A DNA stretch of 62,882 nt, filler included, from Rhabdomonas costata (lineage: Eukaryota), in assembly GCA_019059605.1 (NCBI GenBank). It is 37 parts of 37 records of this genome, joined end to end, with 100 filler letters (N's around TTAATTAATTAA, not from the genome) between each part and the next. Parts side by side here need not be neighbours in the genome. Positions count along the whole stretch, not along the records: positions 1 to 1,604 come from JAHMHO010012186.1; positions 1,705 to 3,308 come from JAHMHO010012187.1; positions 3,409 to 5,010 come from JAHMHO010012188.1; positions 5,111 to 6,714 come from JAHMHO010012189.1; positions 6,815 to 8,416 come from JAHMHO010012190.1; positions 8,517 to 10,118 come from JAHMHO010012191.1; positions 10,219 to 11,822 come from JAHMHO010012192.1; positions 11,923 to 13,525 come from JAHMHO010012193.1; 29 more parts are not named here. The stretch is one strand, 5' to 3'. How positions within the stretch are numbered: position 1 is the first letter of the stretch; each line of letters opens with the position of its first letter. Below are positions 1 through 13,525 of the stretch, one piece after another. A program made the position numbers and the translations under genes. The notes under the pieces were generated by a model. The model was not told the DNA's origin. It saw only the letters and a program-made list of their open reading frames with translations, and ran no database searches.

Positions 1-3
1 GGG

Positions 4-209
4 TTTGTGTAGCTCTCCGTTTGAAGTCATGGGGGTCTACTGAAGCCCAAACGCATAATCCGGGTGTGTCCTGGTGACCGTATACGAGAGAAGGAAAGCG
101 AAGACAGGGATGTGGTGATTTCTACCCACCGCATCTTCTGCGCATTTGGATGGCTGCAGGCTTGGACTTTCGGCAGACCCCCATGACTTCAAACGGAGAG
201 CTACACAAA
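4..209. repeat. Contig-terminal inverted repeat (fold-back, probable amplification chimera)
   Basis: 4-38 is the exact reverse complement of 175-209. Confidence 0.85.
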
Positions 210-482
210 AAGAGTTTCGTACAACAAAGAGAGTGGTGCTATTGTTTTTTCAATTTTGTGGAAGTGGGGGTACATTTAGCATTACTAAAGTTCAGAGTGC
301 CCCAAAGCAAAAGTCTGCCTGCCATCACCTTTTCGGAGTTAACACCAAAGTAAGCAATGCAAGGGGGAGGCAATGCGGACGAAATGCGAGTTACCATAAG
401 AAGCACAGTCAGATGCATTTACAAATCGTTTCCACAATAGCAAAATGCTCCCCCCAAGTCACACGCAAGGGTGCGAGCTGAC

Positions 483-766
483 CTGACGCGGCTGCCAGAC
501 GCGCTCCTGCCGCTGCCGCTGCTTCCACTTTCTACGGTGAGCGGGGAGCCTGCCGCGCGGTCACTGGACGCTTCCTGTGAACGCTCCTGGGTCGCGGAGG
601 CCGAGGCTAAGGCTGAGGCCGCCCCACTCGCAGGGGGCACCACGATGTTGTTCTCCCGGACCACCTCGGAGATGACGTGCAGCAGGCCCAGCAGAGTGGG
701 CTGACCCAGCACCCGGGCCTCACTCTGGAACAGCACGAACTCCTGCAGCACGGCGACGATGTGAAC
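483..766 (-). CDS. Internal exon of an unidentified protein
   Basis: GC-rich open frame VHIVAVLQEFVLFQSEARVLGQPTLLGLLHVISEVVRENN..., bounded by a CACAG acceptor and a GTCAGC donor. Confidence 0.4.
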
Positions 767-1604
767 CTGTGAGCACCGCCGCCGCAATGGTCGGGTGTGG
801 TGTGAGAGTGCAAGACGCGTGTACTCTGCGTACGTCCGCGCAACGGAACAACTCTAAGCATGTTACAATTCCCAAACCAAACAAATGACCTGGATATGTC
901 GTTTTAAATGGTGCAAGAACGCAGAAAAAAACAAAGCTGGCGGGAAGCAACAAAATTACCCTACACCTTCACCAAAAACAAAAACATCCCGCACGCACGC
1001 ACGCACACACACAGAAATGCCGACCTCTGCAAATTACCTCAAAAGGCACATCAAATATATTCCAAACAAAATGGAGTGCAACACCCACCTCCAGCAGCCA
1101 CAATTACGACACAAGGAAAAACCTCGAAAGTTTTGACTAAAAATTATCTTTTTAGCATTTTAACATTTTAACTGGGACACCCTGTAGAAGAACCAACATA
1201 TGCAATTTGAAACTTGCAGAGGGCGGCAAGGGGGAATTTTGTCGAACTGCGCAGTTCAGGTCAAAAAACCTTTTCAGGGTCTGACTGAGCCCCACTTTGT
1301 TTCATCTGTGCCATCGCACCAAAAAAGGCTGATTTGAGGCTGGTAAGGGACATCACGTCAACGTAAACACATGAAACGGATCAAAGTGTTGAATGCGGAG
1401 GCGGAGCAGTGAATGCCGCGGATACCATTGGATTCCCAGCATTGGGATCGTCCGAAGTAGGGCATATGTCCCGCTCCTCCTCTTCCGCAAAGTACCGCCG
1501 CAGCTCCGCTTTCACAGAGAAGCGGTTGCGCTCGTGACCGATGGTGAGGCAGCCCAGCAGAAGGCCAATGTAAGCCGCTGTACCGCAAAGCATAACACCA
1601 AAAA

Positions 1605-1704
1605 NNNNNNNNNNNNNNNNNNNNNNNNNNNNNNNNNNNNNNNNNNNNTTAATTAATTAANNNNNNNNNNNNNNNNNNNNNNNNNNNNNNNNNNNNNNNN
1701 NNNN
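1605..1704. other. Artificial contig-joining spacer (first of 36)
   Basis: 44 N + TTAATTAATTAA (stops in all six frames) + 44 N, recurring about every 1.7 kb up to 61185-61284. Confidence 0.99.
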
Positions 1705-1711
1705 GGTTTTG

Positions 1712-2259
1712 TGGTTATTGGACAAGCTGAAAGTATCCATCAACTCTCAGCTTGTCCAATAACCACAAAATGGTGTACTCAAAAGTGTCGGAACAGAACC
1801 CTTGTCTTCACGTAAGCTACAAATGCGTCCCACGTCTCAAACGTCCGAGCGTCCCCCACTGTGACTCTGGCGTGCGGTACCATCGCAAAGGTGATTGCAA
1901 ACTGGTCAGGAAGACGCCGGTTCATCTTTTTCTCCTCCACCGCTATTATCCAAGGCAGGAAATTTTCTGGGTTACCATCGTATGTAGGGAACTCTGTGTC
2001 CAGTTCCTGCAATTTACTTAGTTCTGCTGTCTCTAGCCATGCACCCTCTGGGTTCGTACTCTCTGTCAACTTGTCAAGTGCTCTTGTCATCACTTGAGTT
2101 TTCGCCTTCTGATTCTGATTCATCCATCTCAAGGCCTCTGCCAACTGCATCAGCAATTCTCCAGTCACAATTGGCTCTCTTGGCGCTGGACCTACCGGTG
2201 GAACCGTTTGTGCTGGACTGGTGCCCCCTCTGTGGCTATCTCGGTCACGGCTCAGTCAT
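1712..2259 (-). mobile_element. Degenerate LTR-retrotransposon (Ty3/gypsy-type) gag relic
   Basis: ORF 1779-2168 contains FPTYDGNPENFLPWI...VE...TWDAFVAYVKTR, the usual retrotransposon capsid pattern. It appears frameshifted at both ends and has no introns. Confidence 0.6.
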
Positions 2260-2866
2260 TCTTTTATCAAACAAACAAAATCAAACTTTTCCATTCGACC
2301 ACGTGTCACAACAAACTGTCCCACTTCCAATTGAAACCTCTGTCACCAACTGTCACGAAGTGCCAAATGACACCTCTTCTCAAGTATGCCCTCTTTATGC
2401 CGCACAAGTTGTTGATTTTTTCCTCTGCTACAACGTGTCGGTGGTGGCCCTAAACTCACCACAACTGAATTTAAATCCTCTGCAACCATCTGTCACAAGC
2501 GCAGGTGGTACTTCGCTGCGTTCGTCCTGGTGAAGGAAACATCCATATGCTACCACTTGTCAGAACGGCACGGCGGGCCCCCCGGACCAATTACGTGGCT
2601 CTTGCGACTTCCCCTCGTAGCCCACTCGATCCGCTACCATCCTTGGTCCATCCCGACAAAGCTTTCGCTTTGTGAGCGCTGCCAACTCACCTAGGTGAGG
2701 AGACTTTTTTCCCACGGGTTAGGTTGGCCTCGCTTTTGCCGCGGGCCTTGTAGAGCCTGGCAGCAACCACTCACCGCAGTTGCCCAAGCCTGTGGACTCT
2801 ATGTCGTCGACTCTCGGTCGCAACATTCCACTCCGTCACACCCTCTACGTCTCTTCTCAATCTGCT

Positions 2867-3011
2867 CCGAAGGTGACTTAACCACCTTCGCTACGCAACT
2901 CGTCTAAATTCGCCAAACCCCACGACCTTGCGCCTCGCCTCACCTCCGAAGGGGACTTGACCGCATTCGCTTCGACACGATACACTCGGAAGGGGACTAA
3001 ACCGCCTTCCC
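2867..3011. repeat. Three degenerate ~24-nt palindromic repeats upstream of the gag relic
   Basis: CCGAAGGTGACTTAACCACCTTCG (2867), CCGAAGGGGACTTGACCGCATTCG (2946), CGGAAGGGGACTAAACCGCCTTCC (2987). Confidence 0.6.
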
Positions 3012-6000
3012 TTTACAACCTCTCTTGCTCGCGCAACTGCGCTTCACACTTCTCCTGCGGACTCCGCCGCTTCGACTAATTCGTAGTGGGGGTCTTATTC
3101 TGCCTCACCGCCTTGCTTTGCCAAACTCGGATGGGGGGGACCTGGGGTGAAATGGGCCGCCTGTGGGCCAGTAGCAGTTTCAATGCTACTTTACCTCCAA
3201 AATGTCCTCTTACCTCCTTCCTCTTTGGCCGCTTTGTCTTTCAAAGGGAGCGGCTGCACAAACACAGTATCAACCCCACTAGTCCACACATATTGTCCCC
3301 AAAAACCCNNNNNNNNNNNNNNNNNNNNNNNNNNNNNNNNNNNNNNNNNNNNTTAATTAATTAANNNNNNNNNNNNNNNNNNNNNNNNNNNNNNNNNNNN
3401 NNNNNNNNGTGGTTTTGGTGATCGCAAAAAAAAAACCTGAACTGCTGGGGTCCCAAAAAGCGTAAAAAGTAAAAAACCAATAATAAAAGGAACGTTAAAC
3501 ATAAAGTAGGTTAGGACGTAACAGATGGAGTAGAAATCCACCTTCGACCTCTGTTGGGGTGGGTGTGACCCCTCGGGTGTAGGAAAGAACCATTCGTTGC
3601 GGCATTAGAAGAAGTGCACAACCTGCTCTAAAGGGGGAAATCCGAAGCACACTTTCCCACTCGGAAAGCAAGACACTGCACTCATCTGAAGCGCCGTATG
3701 ACATGGTAAGGCAGCATCCAAGCACAAGCTACAGGTAATGCGTCATTTTTAAGCTATGTTAGGCAGCCAATGATTTTCATTTTGCTCGCAAGTAGGCCAA
3801 TGCATTTCCGGAGTCCCTTTATGATGTTTTCCGGAACACTGCGATGTTGAGCATTCATGATATACCCTTCCAGCTGAAGCTTCTCTTTGTTTGGGGGACG
3901 TTTCTTTTTCTTTCTTTTTTGAAAAGCCAGCAGAGCACACAGTGTGCACATCTCTTGGCCAATGAAAAAGCTTTTTCTGAAGAAAAAGAAAGCAGCACCG
4001 ATGGGTGAAGACAGGAGCCAGCACCATGTTAATCATCGCAAGTACCCGATGCGCCCGTGTTTTGTGTACGCTTCGCGGTTCCAGGTGGTACGCGCATGGG
4101 TAGGGAAACCGCAGGTTCAGTGACAAGCACGTCCTCGTTCATGCTGGCCGGTCGGTCGGGCTATCCTCGACGTTGTATGGATGATGGATGGATGGACATC
4201 GTCCTTCAATCGGACGACGGTATCAGTTGGCTAGACATGTGCGCTGTCGACCAGCATCGTGTTGCCCATGGTAAGGACGAGTTCATTGCGTGGATCAAAG
4301 ATGTGGTGTAGTGCCTGCCGTCCGTGCCCACATCGAAGAACACCGGGCTCACGGCCCGAGACCCGGTACAAGGGAGCACGCATTGCGGATCCAGGAGCCT
4401 GTGAAATTGCTTTGTCTCTGCTGCAATTTGAGCCCACTAGCCGTGAAGTCGGAGTTGGAAAATTCCAGCGCGAGGAACGCGGTGGTGGGAAATATTGTTT
4501 TCGTAGCGCTCCTATGGGCTTGCAACCGAGAGAGACAATTATTTTCGTGTTTGTGGAGGAGTGCCTGGTCGTGAAAAGGTGGGTCTACTTGTCACTGGTG
4601 GAACGGGGAACGATTCCAGAAATAGCGCACAATTTTGCACTTGAGTTCGGGTTGGCGGGTGAAGTAATAGACTCCGGCAGGTGCGGGTTGTAGAGGCCGC
4701 TTGATCCAAGTGTCCCACGTCACATCGCCATCCCCATTTTCACAGTGTGATTGCCCACTAAGTAAGCAAAATGGCCTCTGAAGAGGAGCAGCTCGCGCTG
4801 AAGGAGAAGAGGTTGCAAAACTCAATGAGGTATGCGTCGTTTCGTGGCTCCTTCTGCCGTTTTATCTCCCTGCATCACCGACACGTTTACAACCTTGCAC
4901 TCGTGCACTGACGGATACCCATCCCTTCCGCAAAAATCCTCTCCATTAACCCTTCAGGACAACACCTTCCGAACTTCCCTTCCCCTCGTCGTAATGCGCC
5001 ATTACACCAANNNNNNNNNNNNNNNNNNNNNNNNNNNNNNNNNNNNNNNNNNNNTTAATTAATTAANNNNNNNNNNNNNNNNNNNNNNNNNNNNNNNNNN
5101 NNNNNNNNNNGGGTTTGGTGTTGGATTTTTGGCTCATGAAAGCAAGCGTATTGTGTTTGCACTGAAGGCCCGAGTAACGCCCCGAGCCATGAAATCTCAG
5201 TTGTGAGAATCAGGCAACGGCATGCTCGTTTTCTAATATTATATTATTATCATTGTGCCAGCCTGTCGGGATACAGTACGCTGCGTTCAATATGGTAGTT
5301 CTGGCTGTGCCGTGAGGCTGTGTGGAATATGGAAGACCCTGCAACTGCTTCCGGGAGCTCAGAAGAGGGTCTAGGTGGGCGCTCTCTTCCGACATGCACA
5401 GATGGTGTTCCGCAGAGGTCTGATGCCCCGCCAGTGGTGGACGTGCATGAAGCCGCTGAGGCGCGTTTTTTTGCGCGGAGCAGGGGAAAGGCACCCGATG
5501 TGAGCCACAGTGCGGAGAGGATGCTTGCTGGCCACAGCTTGGCCTACCGTCAGGCTGTGCTCTCCGCACACCGAGTTAAGCCCCTTTCCTGCGACGAAAT
5601 GCAGGCCATTGTGCAGCAGAAGGCCGCTCGAGCAGCCTCGATGCCCTCTGTTTCAGAACGTCAGCCTCCATAGCCTTCTCTTGTCTGTTGATTGCCGTCA
5701 GCCCGGAGCTCAGTCTCTTTCTCACCAGCTGCCATTGGTACGGTTGAAACGTCTTTGAGATTGGGCGTTTCAGCTGTCCTGTTTTTGCACCTGAAGTACA
5801 TTTGTACCATTGTTAGCACTGTGCTGTTTGGGTTTCTGAATAAATTTAGCACGAGCTTGTACCTTTCGATTCAGTATTGAGTCGCAGGTAGAGGCTTGGA
5901 TCGGGATGAATACGAGCAGTCGGACCAGACGGCCTCTGGGAGGAGCTCACACCCTTAAGAAAGCGAAAAGGAAACAATAAAAGTTAACGAGTTGAAGCTC

Positions 6001-6556
6001 GTTGACAGATATACCCCAATTCCTGGCCCTGACCGTGCACCAACCTGATCAGCCGATTATCGTTTAACCGTTATTGTGAAGCAGTACACATATTGTGGCA
6101 TCGAAACTTCCGGGCAACGGTTAATTATCCGTGCTTGCATTATAATAGCGCACAAGAGACCAAAAGTTGGTAGTCGCACCAGCTCCAATGCCCGAAAAAC
6201 GTGATAGAAGGTGGCAGTTGGAGATACGTCGCAGCATTTTTTTTGGACGCCCCATGGCCGAACGTGATTGAATATAAGAATGTAATAGCTATGCCACTGT
6301 AATTGCGATTGCTATGGAGTGCTATTTTTGTAGCCTTTAGGCAATCCCTCCCCACACTCATTATATATGTCCTTTTCACCGCTCGAACCGAACCCCCTTT
6401 CTGCGACAACAATGGCGAGAATTTGCGTGAAAGAAAAAGGTGGGGACTTCTTTTTAATTGTATATTCATCCAGCACATACATAAGCATCAAGTTTTTTCG
6501 CCGGTCACCGAACTCATAAAAATCAATTTTGAAATTAAAGATACGTATTTGTTGTT

Positions 6557-6710
6557 TGGGGGTAAAAAGAAGCTGGTTCTTTCTCCTAAGAATCCCTTTC
6601 CTCTTGCAGCTGTCTTTGCTTGTTTTCTGTGATGTCAAAGAAAACAAGCAAAGACAGCTGCAAGAGGAAAGGGATTCTTAGGAGAAAGAACCAGCTTCTT
6701 TTTACCCCCA
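6557..6710. repeat. Contig-terminal perfect inverted repeat (72-bp arms, 10-nt loop)
   Basis: 6557-6628 is the reverse complement of 6639-6710 and abuts the contig end. Confidence 0.9.
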
Positions 6711-8021
6711 CCCCNNNNNNNNNNNNNNNNNNNNNNNNNNNNNNNNNNNNNNNNNNNNTTAATTAATTAANNNNNNNNNNNNNNNNNNNNNNNNNNNNNN
6801 NNNNNNNNNNNNNNAGCGTCCAGGTTCTGGACCGCAGACTGAGGGGCTGACAGATAACCCTCAAACACGTTCTAATCTCTCCAATGCAGGGTACGGCTCC
6901 CCTCGCAGCATTTCCCAATCGGTAGACACAACCCTAACAATCCGGAAGAGATATGCTCACTATGCAAAAGGTATCCATTCGGTGTGCCAGCGCGGGAAAA
7001 GGACAGACCTACCAACACCACCATCACGCCACATAAAATCTGTTAACCTCACACTGACACCGACTGCTGTGTAATGAGTACTGATATGTTTCCGCCTGGG
7101 CGCGGGGCTTTTGAGGCGAACAGGATATTAAAAATACGAAAGGGGAAAACTGACCCTTCAAAAAACACCAATGTGAAGGGCAGCAAAAAAAAGAGCTTCA
7201 CACGAGGCGGCTACCAACGAGAACTACGAATATATCACAATGGAGTCACACCGAACACTGCGAGCAGGCTATACACCAAAACGATGCATCACCGAACCCT
7301 TCCTTTCTCTGCGCGGATGTATCCGTCTGAGACATGTGAGAAAAATACAGTGAGAGAAAGAAAGCGGGAAAAAAGGTAGGGAAGCGTTAGCTCCCGGCTT
7401 CCTCACCGGAATGAGGCGGCCCGCCATCGGCCATTCTGACATCTGCTTGCTCGGTCTCCTCCTGGGCACACACATATACGCAGACAAGAGACACTGCTGT
7501 TGCACAAGTATTCTGCCTTCCTGGCCACGCACGCATGCACGAACACAACTCGACCTCACATACAGACGAGGAACAGAGCTAGCGAAATCCAGAACTACGT
7601 CATATACACACAAAACGCGAGGGCCCTTCGTCAACAGGGCAAATTCATTTCTCGGTTCTGAGTTCGTCCTGAATCGCATTCGGTTTTGGGTTCGGAATGT
7701 TGTTGGGCTGCGATGTTGGAGTTGGGGTTGCGGGTGTTCGGATTTCGGGTCGTGAACACTCACCCACTCACCGTCAGCGCAGGAATTAAGTGGAGGGAGA
7801 AGGGCCCATCCTCAAGCTGAAGTCTCTGCCTTATATGCCGGAGCCAGACCGGAGGATCTGGCACAGGTATTATAACTCGGTAGTATGGCGGGGTCGGGGC
7901 CCATACTTGGTGGGACGGGGACTTCTGAGTTGAGTTTACGGCAGGTTCCTGTCTTCTGATTTCAGACGCACGAGTACGGCATGATAAGTGGTGGAGTGGT
8001 GGGGCTGGGCTGATGGGGTAC

Positions 8022-8147
8022 CTGCAGAAAGGCGTAGGAGAAGTCGATGAAGTCGACCTGCAACGTGACCTGGCGCACGCCCTGCAGCCGGGCCAGGGCG
8101 AGGAACTTGTTCCACCCCCACCCATCGTGCAGGTCATGGAAGACATT
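8022..8147 (-). CDS. Exon resembling the C-terminal part of a MATH/TRAF domain
   Basis: 126-nt exon between CAG and GTACCC encoding NVFHDLHDGWGWNKFLALARLQGVRQVTLQVDFIDFSYAFLQ; the F-x(5)-GWGWxKF...LxV pattern is MATH-like. Confidence 0.45.
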
Positions 8148-8917
8148 CTGCGAGGGGGAGAAGCAGCCCCACCTACCCACTCATCCATTTCTCCCACCTA
8201 TGCTAACGGGGGAGCACAGTACTTCTCTGCAGTGTGCTGGCCTTCGCTTTCCCTTCCGTCCCAAGGCAAAGCAAAAACAAAAAACATCTCATCTCGTCTC
8301 ATCTCTCATCTTCACCCCAAAGCGAAGAACGTTGTGTTCCGGCCCAGGTTCTAGAAAAAGAAGGATTTGGCAGCCTGCGGAATGGCGAACCCCCCCCCCC
8401 CAACCACACCCACCACNNNNNNNNNNNNNNNNNNNNNNNNNNNNNNNNNNNNNNNNNNNNTTAATTAATTAANNNNNNNNNNNNNNNNNNNNNNNNNNNN
8501 NNNNNNNNNNNNNNNNGGTTGGTGTTCACCCGTGTCTCTCGGTCTGTCTGCGGGGCTGCAAGAGAAAAACCAGGACACAAAGGTGAACAGCAACGAGTCC
8601 TTGACCATCTTGGGAAGGAGGCATGAGATAGATGGAGAACTTTCCATAACACTAACAAGAAGTCTGAGCGATCGCTCCTCCAAAATGAACTAGATCAATT
8701 AGGGTGCTGTTGACTGCGAAGAGTTTCCTCGGGATTGTTCGTCTTGAGGGCAGACCCCGATATTGGTTGCTGGGCTGTCTTTCGGAACCATAACAGTCCA
8801 GTGAATCAGGCCAAACTTAGCAAGATTGCAATGTGAATAGAAGAAAGAAAGATTGCAATAGAAGCGGAGAATCCCGCAAAAAAAAAAGCCCCAAAGAGTG
8901 CAACCGGGAATACCTTG

Positions 8918-9333
8918 GCAGTCCCTCGTAGAGTGCGTCCGTGCAAGGCAGCTGTAGCACATGGCTTCTGAAGGCGCGGAAAAAGATCCGACCAGACTTC
9001 AAAGCAGCAAGGGTCGGGCAAGTGATGAGGAAAGGGGTGAGCGTGGGTTCGTTGGTGGTGAGGGAAAATCTGAAAATCTGAAACCACTGCCCAAACACTC
9101 TGTCTGCGAACTGGTGCGCTGTCTGGATACCCTACTCGCAGTGGCCGCCATGGAGTCATTTGCACCTCACAGCTGCAGCGAAAGAGGAATTCCAAGTTTC
9201 GGCTCCACCACCGAACTTTAGGCTTTGCCCTCAAGGTGGTAAAGGGCGAATGGGTAAGCGAAGGAGGAGGGGGGTTGTTCCGCGAACCTGGGCACACAGC
9301 CTGGTGGTGGCCGACTCTCTCGCAATACACGCA
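8918..9333 (-). mobile_element. Decayed retroelement gag/ORF1-like region with two CCHC zinc knuckles
   Basis: CVYCERVGHHQAVC (9292-9333) and CYSCLARTHSTRDC (8918-8959) both fit CX2CX4HX4C and lie in different frames. Confidence 0.5.
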
Positions 9334-11599
9334 GGCTTCCCCTGACAGCACAGGAGAACTCAGGCCCACACCAACACTACATACAGACGGAAAAGACGGG
9401 AGAGTCGGGGGAATGGAAGAATCGAAAGAAAAAAAGTAAGTTGTTGCAGGTTGCGACTCTCCATTGCAGCCTGGGACCCTTCAGCGCTCGGCAAAAAAGG
9501 CGCAGTTTTTGCACATTCACGAGGGGGGGATCACAGAAACGCGCTCGTGCATCGGGCACCGCCCTTGACTTTCTTTGAGAAGTTGGAGCACAATGTGACC
9601 CAGCTCTCAACCTCACTATTGATTAGCTGTCAACCCTACCGCTTTCTGCTGCAATATCACTAATCTCCGAACCGAACTGTTCTCACACATTCCACCATAT
9701 TCTATTGTTTGCGACGCTTTTTTTTTTTTGCGAAGCAATGAAGAAATATAGCAAGAAATCTAGCCTGGGCCACCCCTCGCCCACGAAGACGCACTTGAAA
9801 CATGGGATGGGTGCAGAACTGCCCCGTGAACGTCTCCGATGGGCGCCTTCTGGTGCTCGGAACCGCGATGTGTCACCTCCGCGGGGGGCACCGCCGGAGG
9901 CGCAGGCGCGACCCCTGTGCTGCGCTCCGCTTTTCTGGGCCGCTTTTCGGGCGGCAAAGCGGAGGAGGAGGGGGCCCTCTCCGTGGCAGAGGAGGGTTTC
10001 ACGGGAGCCTTGCGGGAGGTAGAGGGCTCGGGCCCTGCGGAATACCATAGAGACTCTACCGTTCTGCTCTACGCATCTCCTAAAACCTATCTGGCACCAT
10101 CTGGCACTCCCAAAAACANNNNNNNNNNNNNNNNNNNNNNNNNNNNNNNNNNNNNNNNNNNNTTAATTAATTAANNNNNNNNNNNNNNNNNNNNNNNNNN
10201 NNNNNNNNNNNNNNNNNNGGTGGGGGTGGGGACGCACCCTCGAGGAGGTCTGAAGAGCCTCACGGAAACCTTGGGAGATGGTGGGCATCACTTTTGGCAT
10301 CTTGACTGGAGAGTGCGCCCGGTGGGCCTCAATAAAGAAAAGAAACAGCCCTGGGTCAACTAATCCGTGTACAAAAAGGAATGATGCCCAAGCCGAGGCG
10401 CTCATCGCTCACTCATCGCTTGAATACTTTCAGGCAATTTGTTTGACACACAGCGGCAACTTTGCATGGCTCAACTCCATTACCGTACCCCATGCATAAG
10501 GGCTGTCCCCATTATCTCGCAGTCGAGCCGCCCCGCAGCGGCTGCTCGTTCTGCGAGGTGAAATGAGGTTTTGGGAGTTAGGGGAGTGAGTTAGGGGGTT
10601 AGAGGGCGATGCACGTGTCCCCTGGGATTCTATTAGAAGATTTGTAGTGGGTTAGAGGGCGATGCTCGCTTACAGGGCGATGTCTTCTGGGTGTTTTTTG
10701 TTTTCTCAACAATGCCTCGACAATGGACTGTTGCTGAGATTATCAGACTTGGCAGTTCAGCAAGTTCTTCCCTGGTAGGCTTACTTGCTTGGTTACCTCA
10801 TTGGGAAAAGTGCACACAAACACAACTGATGGACACTGGGGGTCTCCGTTCTCCGCTCTCCGTTTGGACGACTGACATGTATCTTGTCGTGATCTTTGGA
10901 TTACTCTTTCGGGTGTACTGTGGGGTACCATAATGGACTTGTGCGTTTTGCATAACTGAGACGTTATAATGGATGAGCTCTGTGATAAGAAGCGAGCACC
11001 CTGACGTTTGTGTCCCTGTCGTGGTCCTTTGACTGCATACTTCGTGAACTAAAGTTCTGAAGATCCCTTGGTAATATTCCTCCCCCTCTTTCCTTCTCGA
11101 GTTCTCCCTGCAGTGTACTGAAACTAACGTTTTGCCCGTCCCCGAAGCGTTTCGGGTGCCTCCCACAGCCGTTTTATATCTTCACATTCTCAAACAATGC
11201 ATACCCCCCCCCTCCCGCTCTCCCCAAGTAATGTTCCTGATCGAAACCCTGTCAGCACTGCCCCCATCGGCTGTGCGCTGCACATTCGTGCCAGTGGTTG
11301 CTCATTCTTTGTCCTCGGGCAAAACGGAAGTTTTCGGAGAAAACTACCAGTCGCACTGGAGGATTCGCCTTTGGGGCTGAATAAGCAAACACATACTCTT
11401 ACAATTACTGCTATCTAGTGAATCAACACAAACTGCAAACATCTGCCACCCGGAAAAATAGCAATCGAAAAATGACTCACAATGTGTCCGTCAAGGACCC
11501 TCAAACCCTTTTCAAAGATTATAATATCAACGAACCCCATTTTTTTTGCACCCAGCTCCCTTTCTCTGCGGGACCACACACACACACACACACACACAC

Positions 11600-11763
11600 C
11601 GAAGGACATCTAGGTCTGGGGCACGGCACCCCGCAGTGGCAGCGAGGGAGCACAGCTCCGCGAGGAAGGGCCCCAGGGCCACCCCGGGGAGGCCCCCAGC
11701 GCGGGCCCAGAAGCGCTGGTCCTGGCACAGCCCTCGCAGCACCCGCACCTCCGTCTCCAGCAC
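11600..11763 (-). CDS. Internal exon of an unidentified protein
   Basis: CAG|VLETEVRVLRGLCQDQRFWARAGG...DLDVLR|GTGTGT; high-GC codons; followed by a (GT)n intron start. Confidence 0.4.
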
Positions 11764-13256
11764 CTGGGAACACCCGTGAACCCCTCCAATGTTCATCTTT
11801 GCATCCTCCCACCCACCCACAANNNNNNNNNNNNNNNNNNNNNNNNNNNNNNNNNNNNNNNNNNNNTTAATTAATTAANNNNNNNNNNNNNNNNNNNNNN
11901 NNNNNNNNNNNNNNNNNNNNNNTTTTTTCATTGCTTCTCAAGCGGGCTAAGCCGAATCAGGCGTGGGGTCTTTTGTATATACAGTCACATAAACTCCAAA
12001 CCCCTGAACCCGATACCCACAAAGGAACCCAACGCCCGAAGGCCTCCCGAAACGGTGCGTGGCCGGTCCTTGGGGTCAGGAGATTCCCGACCTTTCACCC
12101 TCAGCCGGTTGTAGTGCCCCTTGGCGGCTCTTCGGAACCCTTTTGCGCCGCTTCTTGCTCCACGGAGCGGAGGGTTTACGACAGCACTCACAACGTACTT
12201 TACAACGAACCACCCACGCCGAAGGGCTGGCAAAGGGCTCGTGGCCGCCTGCAGCCCACAAAAACCCTAATTTAATTTAATTTGAACACATTTTTTTCAC
12301 GCTTTTTTTTTTCCAAAATGGCGAACCCATCATTTAAACACATCGAACCAACAGTCAAATCTCACACTCCAGCTCCCAAGTGCTTCCAACGTTATTCAGA
12401 CAGACACCAACTGCCAACCAAACACTACGACACCACAACCCCTCCGTCACCAAGCAAGCACTCCAACTTCGGGGGAAAGGACAATGCTCTCCTCCCGAAC
12501 TTCTCGTGCTAAAACCGCCCGCCTCTTTTTCTTGGGCCGCGGAGCGCAGCTGGGTAGAGGTGTTAAAACAGGGGCTCAAATGCCTGCCTTCCCGCAAACA
12601 AAAACGCCCTCAGTGGAGACGCGGCAAAGTTAACCTAACCCCTTCTTTCTAAGCGAACCCCAGCTGGGGGACTTGGTCAAATACCCCTCACCACTCGATA
12701 TTTTGTGCCCATTTCAAACAGGAAGCCATGGAAAATTTTCCGCCAAATGTCAGCTCGATGGCCGATTTGGCATTTTGGATGCTCGAATATCGATTAAAAA
12801 TAACCGAAATTTTCGTACATCATGCTCGTTTTCCGATTTGTGATCCAGAGGCGTCGATGGCCGACTTCGGCACTCGAAACTGACGGATTCCACTTCGAAC
12901 GAAGAGTGGTTTTCTTTTTAGGCTTGCATAAGACTTACACCTAAACTTTTTGGCTTTCCTTAAGGAACTTTACGCGGACAAGTGGGTCCTGGTGGCAATT
13001 GATTTGCTAAACTCATCAGCCAGCAAGTGATTTTTCCTCTACTGTTAACCGCACTCAATTTAAAAGTCTAAAAGCGCAAACACCCTGCACCGTCCTCTGA
13101 TTCCTTCGAAATTTTTGAATGCGTATATCTTTCCTTTTTATTGGAGTGAGGGATTCAGCTTTCTTGGAACCCCTTGTTCTTTTTTTCCAGTACTCATCTT
13201 GTCAATCGTTTTCTACTTTGACAGCTCACCGCATAGTTTTCAGAATACCACTCCGA

Positions 13257-13525
13257 ATGCGGATCCCTGTTTGGGTTCTCCTGGTACTGTTGTCGGTGCT
13301 TTCGCTTGCGGCAGTGGGGGTTCTCACATTCCTGCTAACGCGGTCCAACGCTGAGGCAGCTCTGGCTCGGGTAAGTCACAGCTATCGTGAGTTGGCTTGC
13401 TCCCTTGTGGAGGTGGAGGTTGTCAGTTATCTGGGAACCATGACTTCATCGACGAAACAGTTGGCTGCGTATATTGCTGAGTCTACATTGAGCCCGGGTG
13501 CTGCTCTCCCGCCCCCCAACACCCC
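13257..13525 (+). CDS. 5' part of a membrane protein, possibly a receptor-type cyclase N-terminus
   Basis: MRIPVWVLLVLLSVLSLAAVGVLTFLL (hydrophobic helix) followed by an amphipathic helix. The ATG follows TTTTCAG and the frame runs off the contig end. Confidence 0.4.

Noticed and set aside
2867-3011. Palindromic repeats with spacers as a mini-CRISPR
   Set aside because: Only three degenerate copies with unequal spacing (79 and 41 nt), in a eukaryotic retroelement context.
6557-6710. Terminal hairpins as MITEs, hairpin telomeres or miRNA precursors
   Set aside because: All seven are perfect, unrelated to one another and located at contig ends, which fits amplification chimeras better.
10577-10680. 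TTAGGG-like motifs as telomeric sequence
   Set aside because: Only a few scattered, degenerate copies, internal to the contig.
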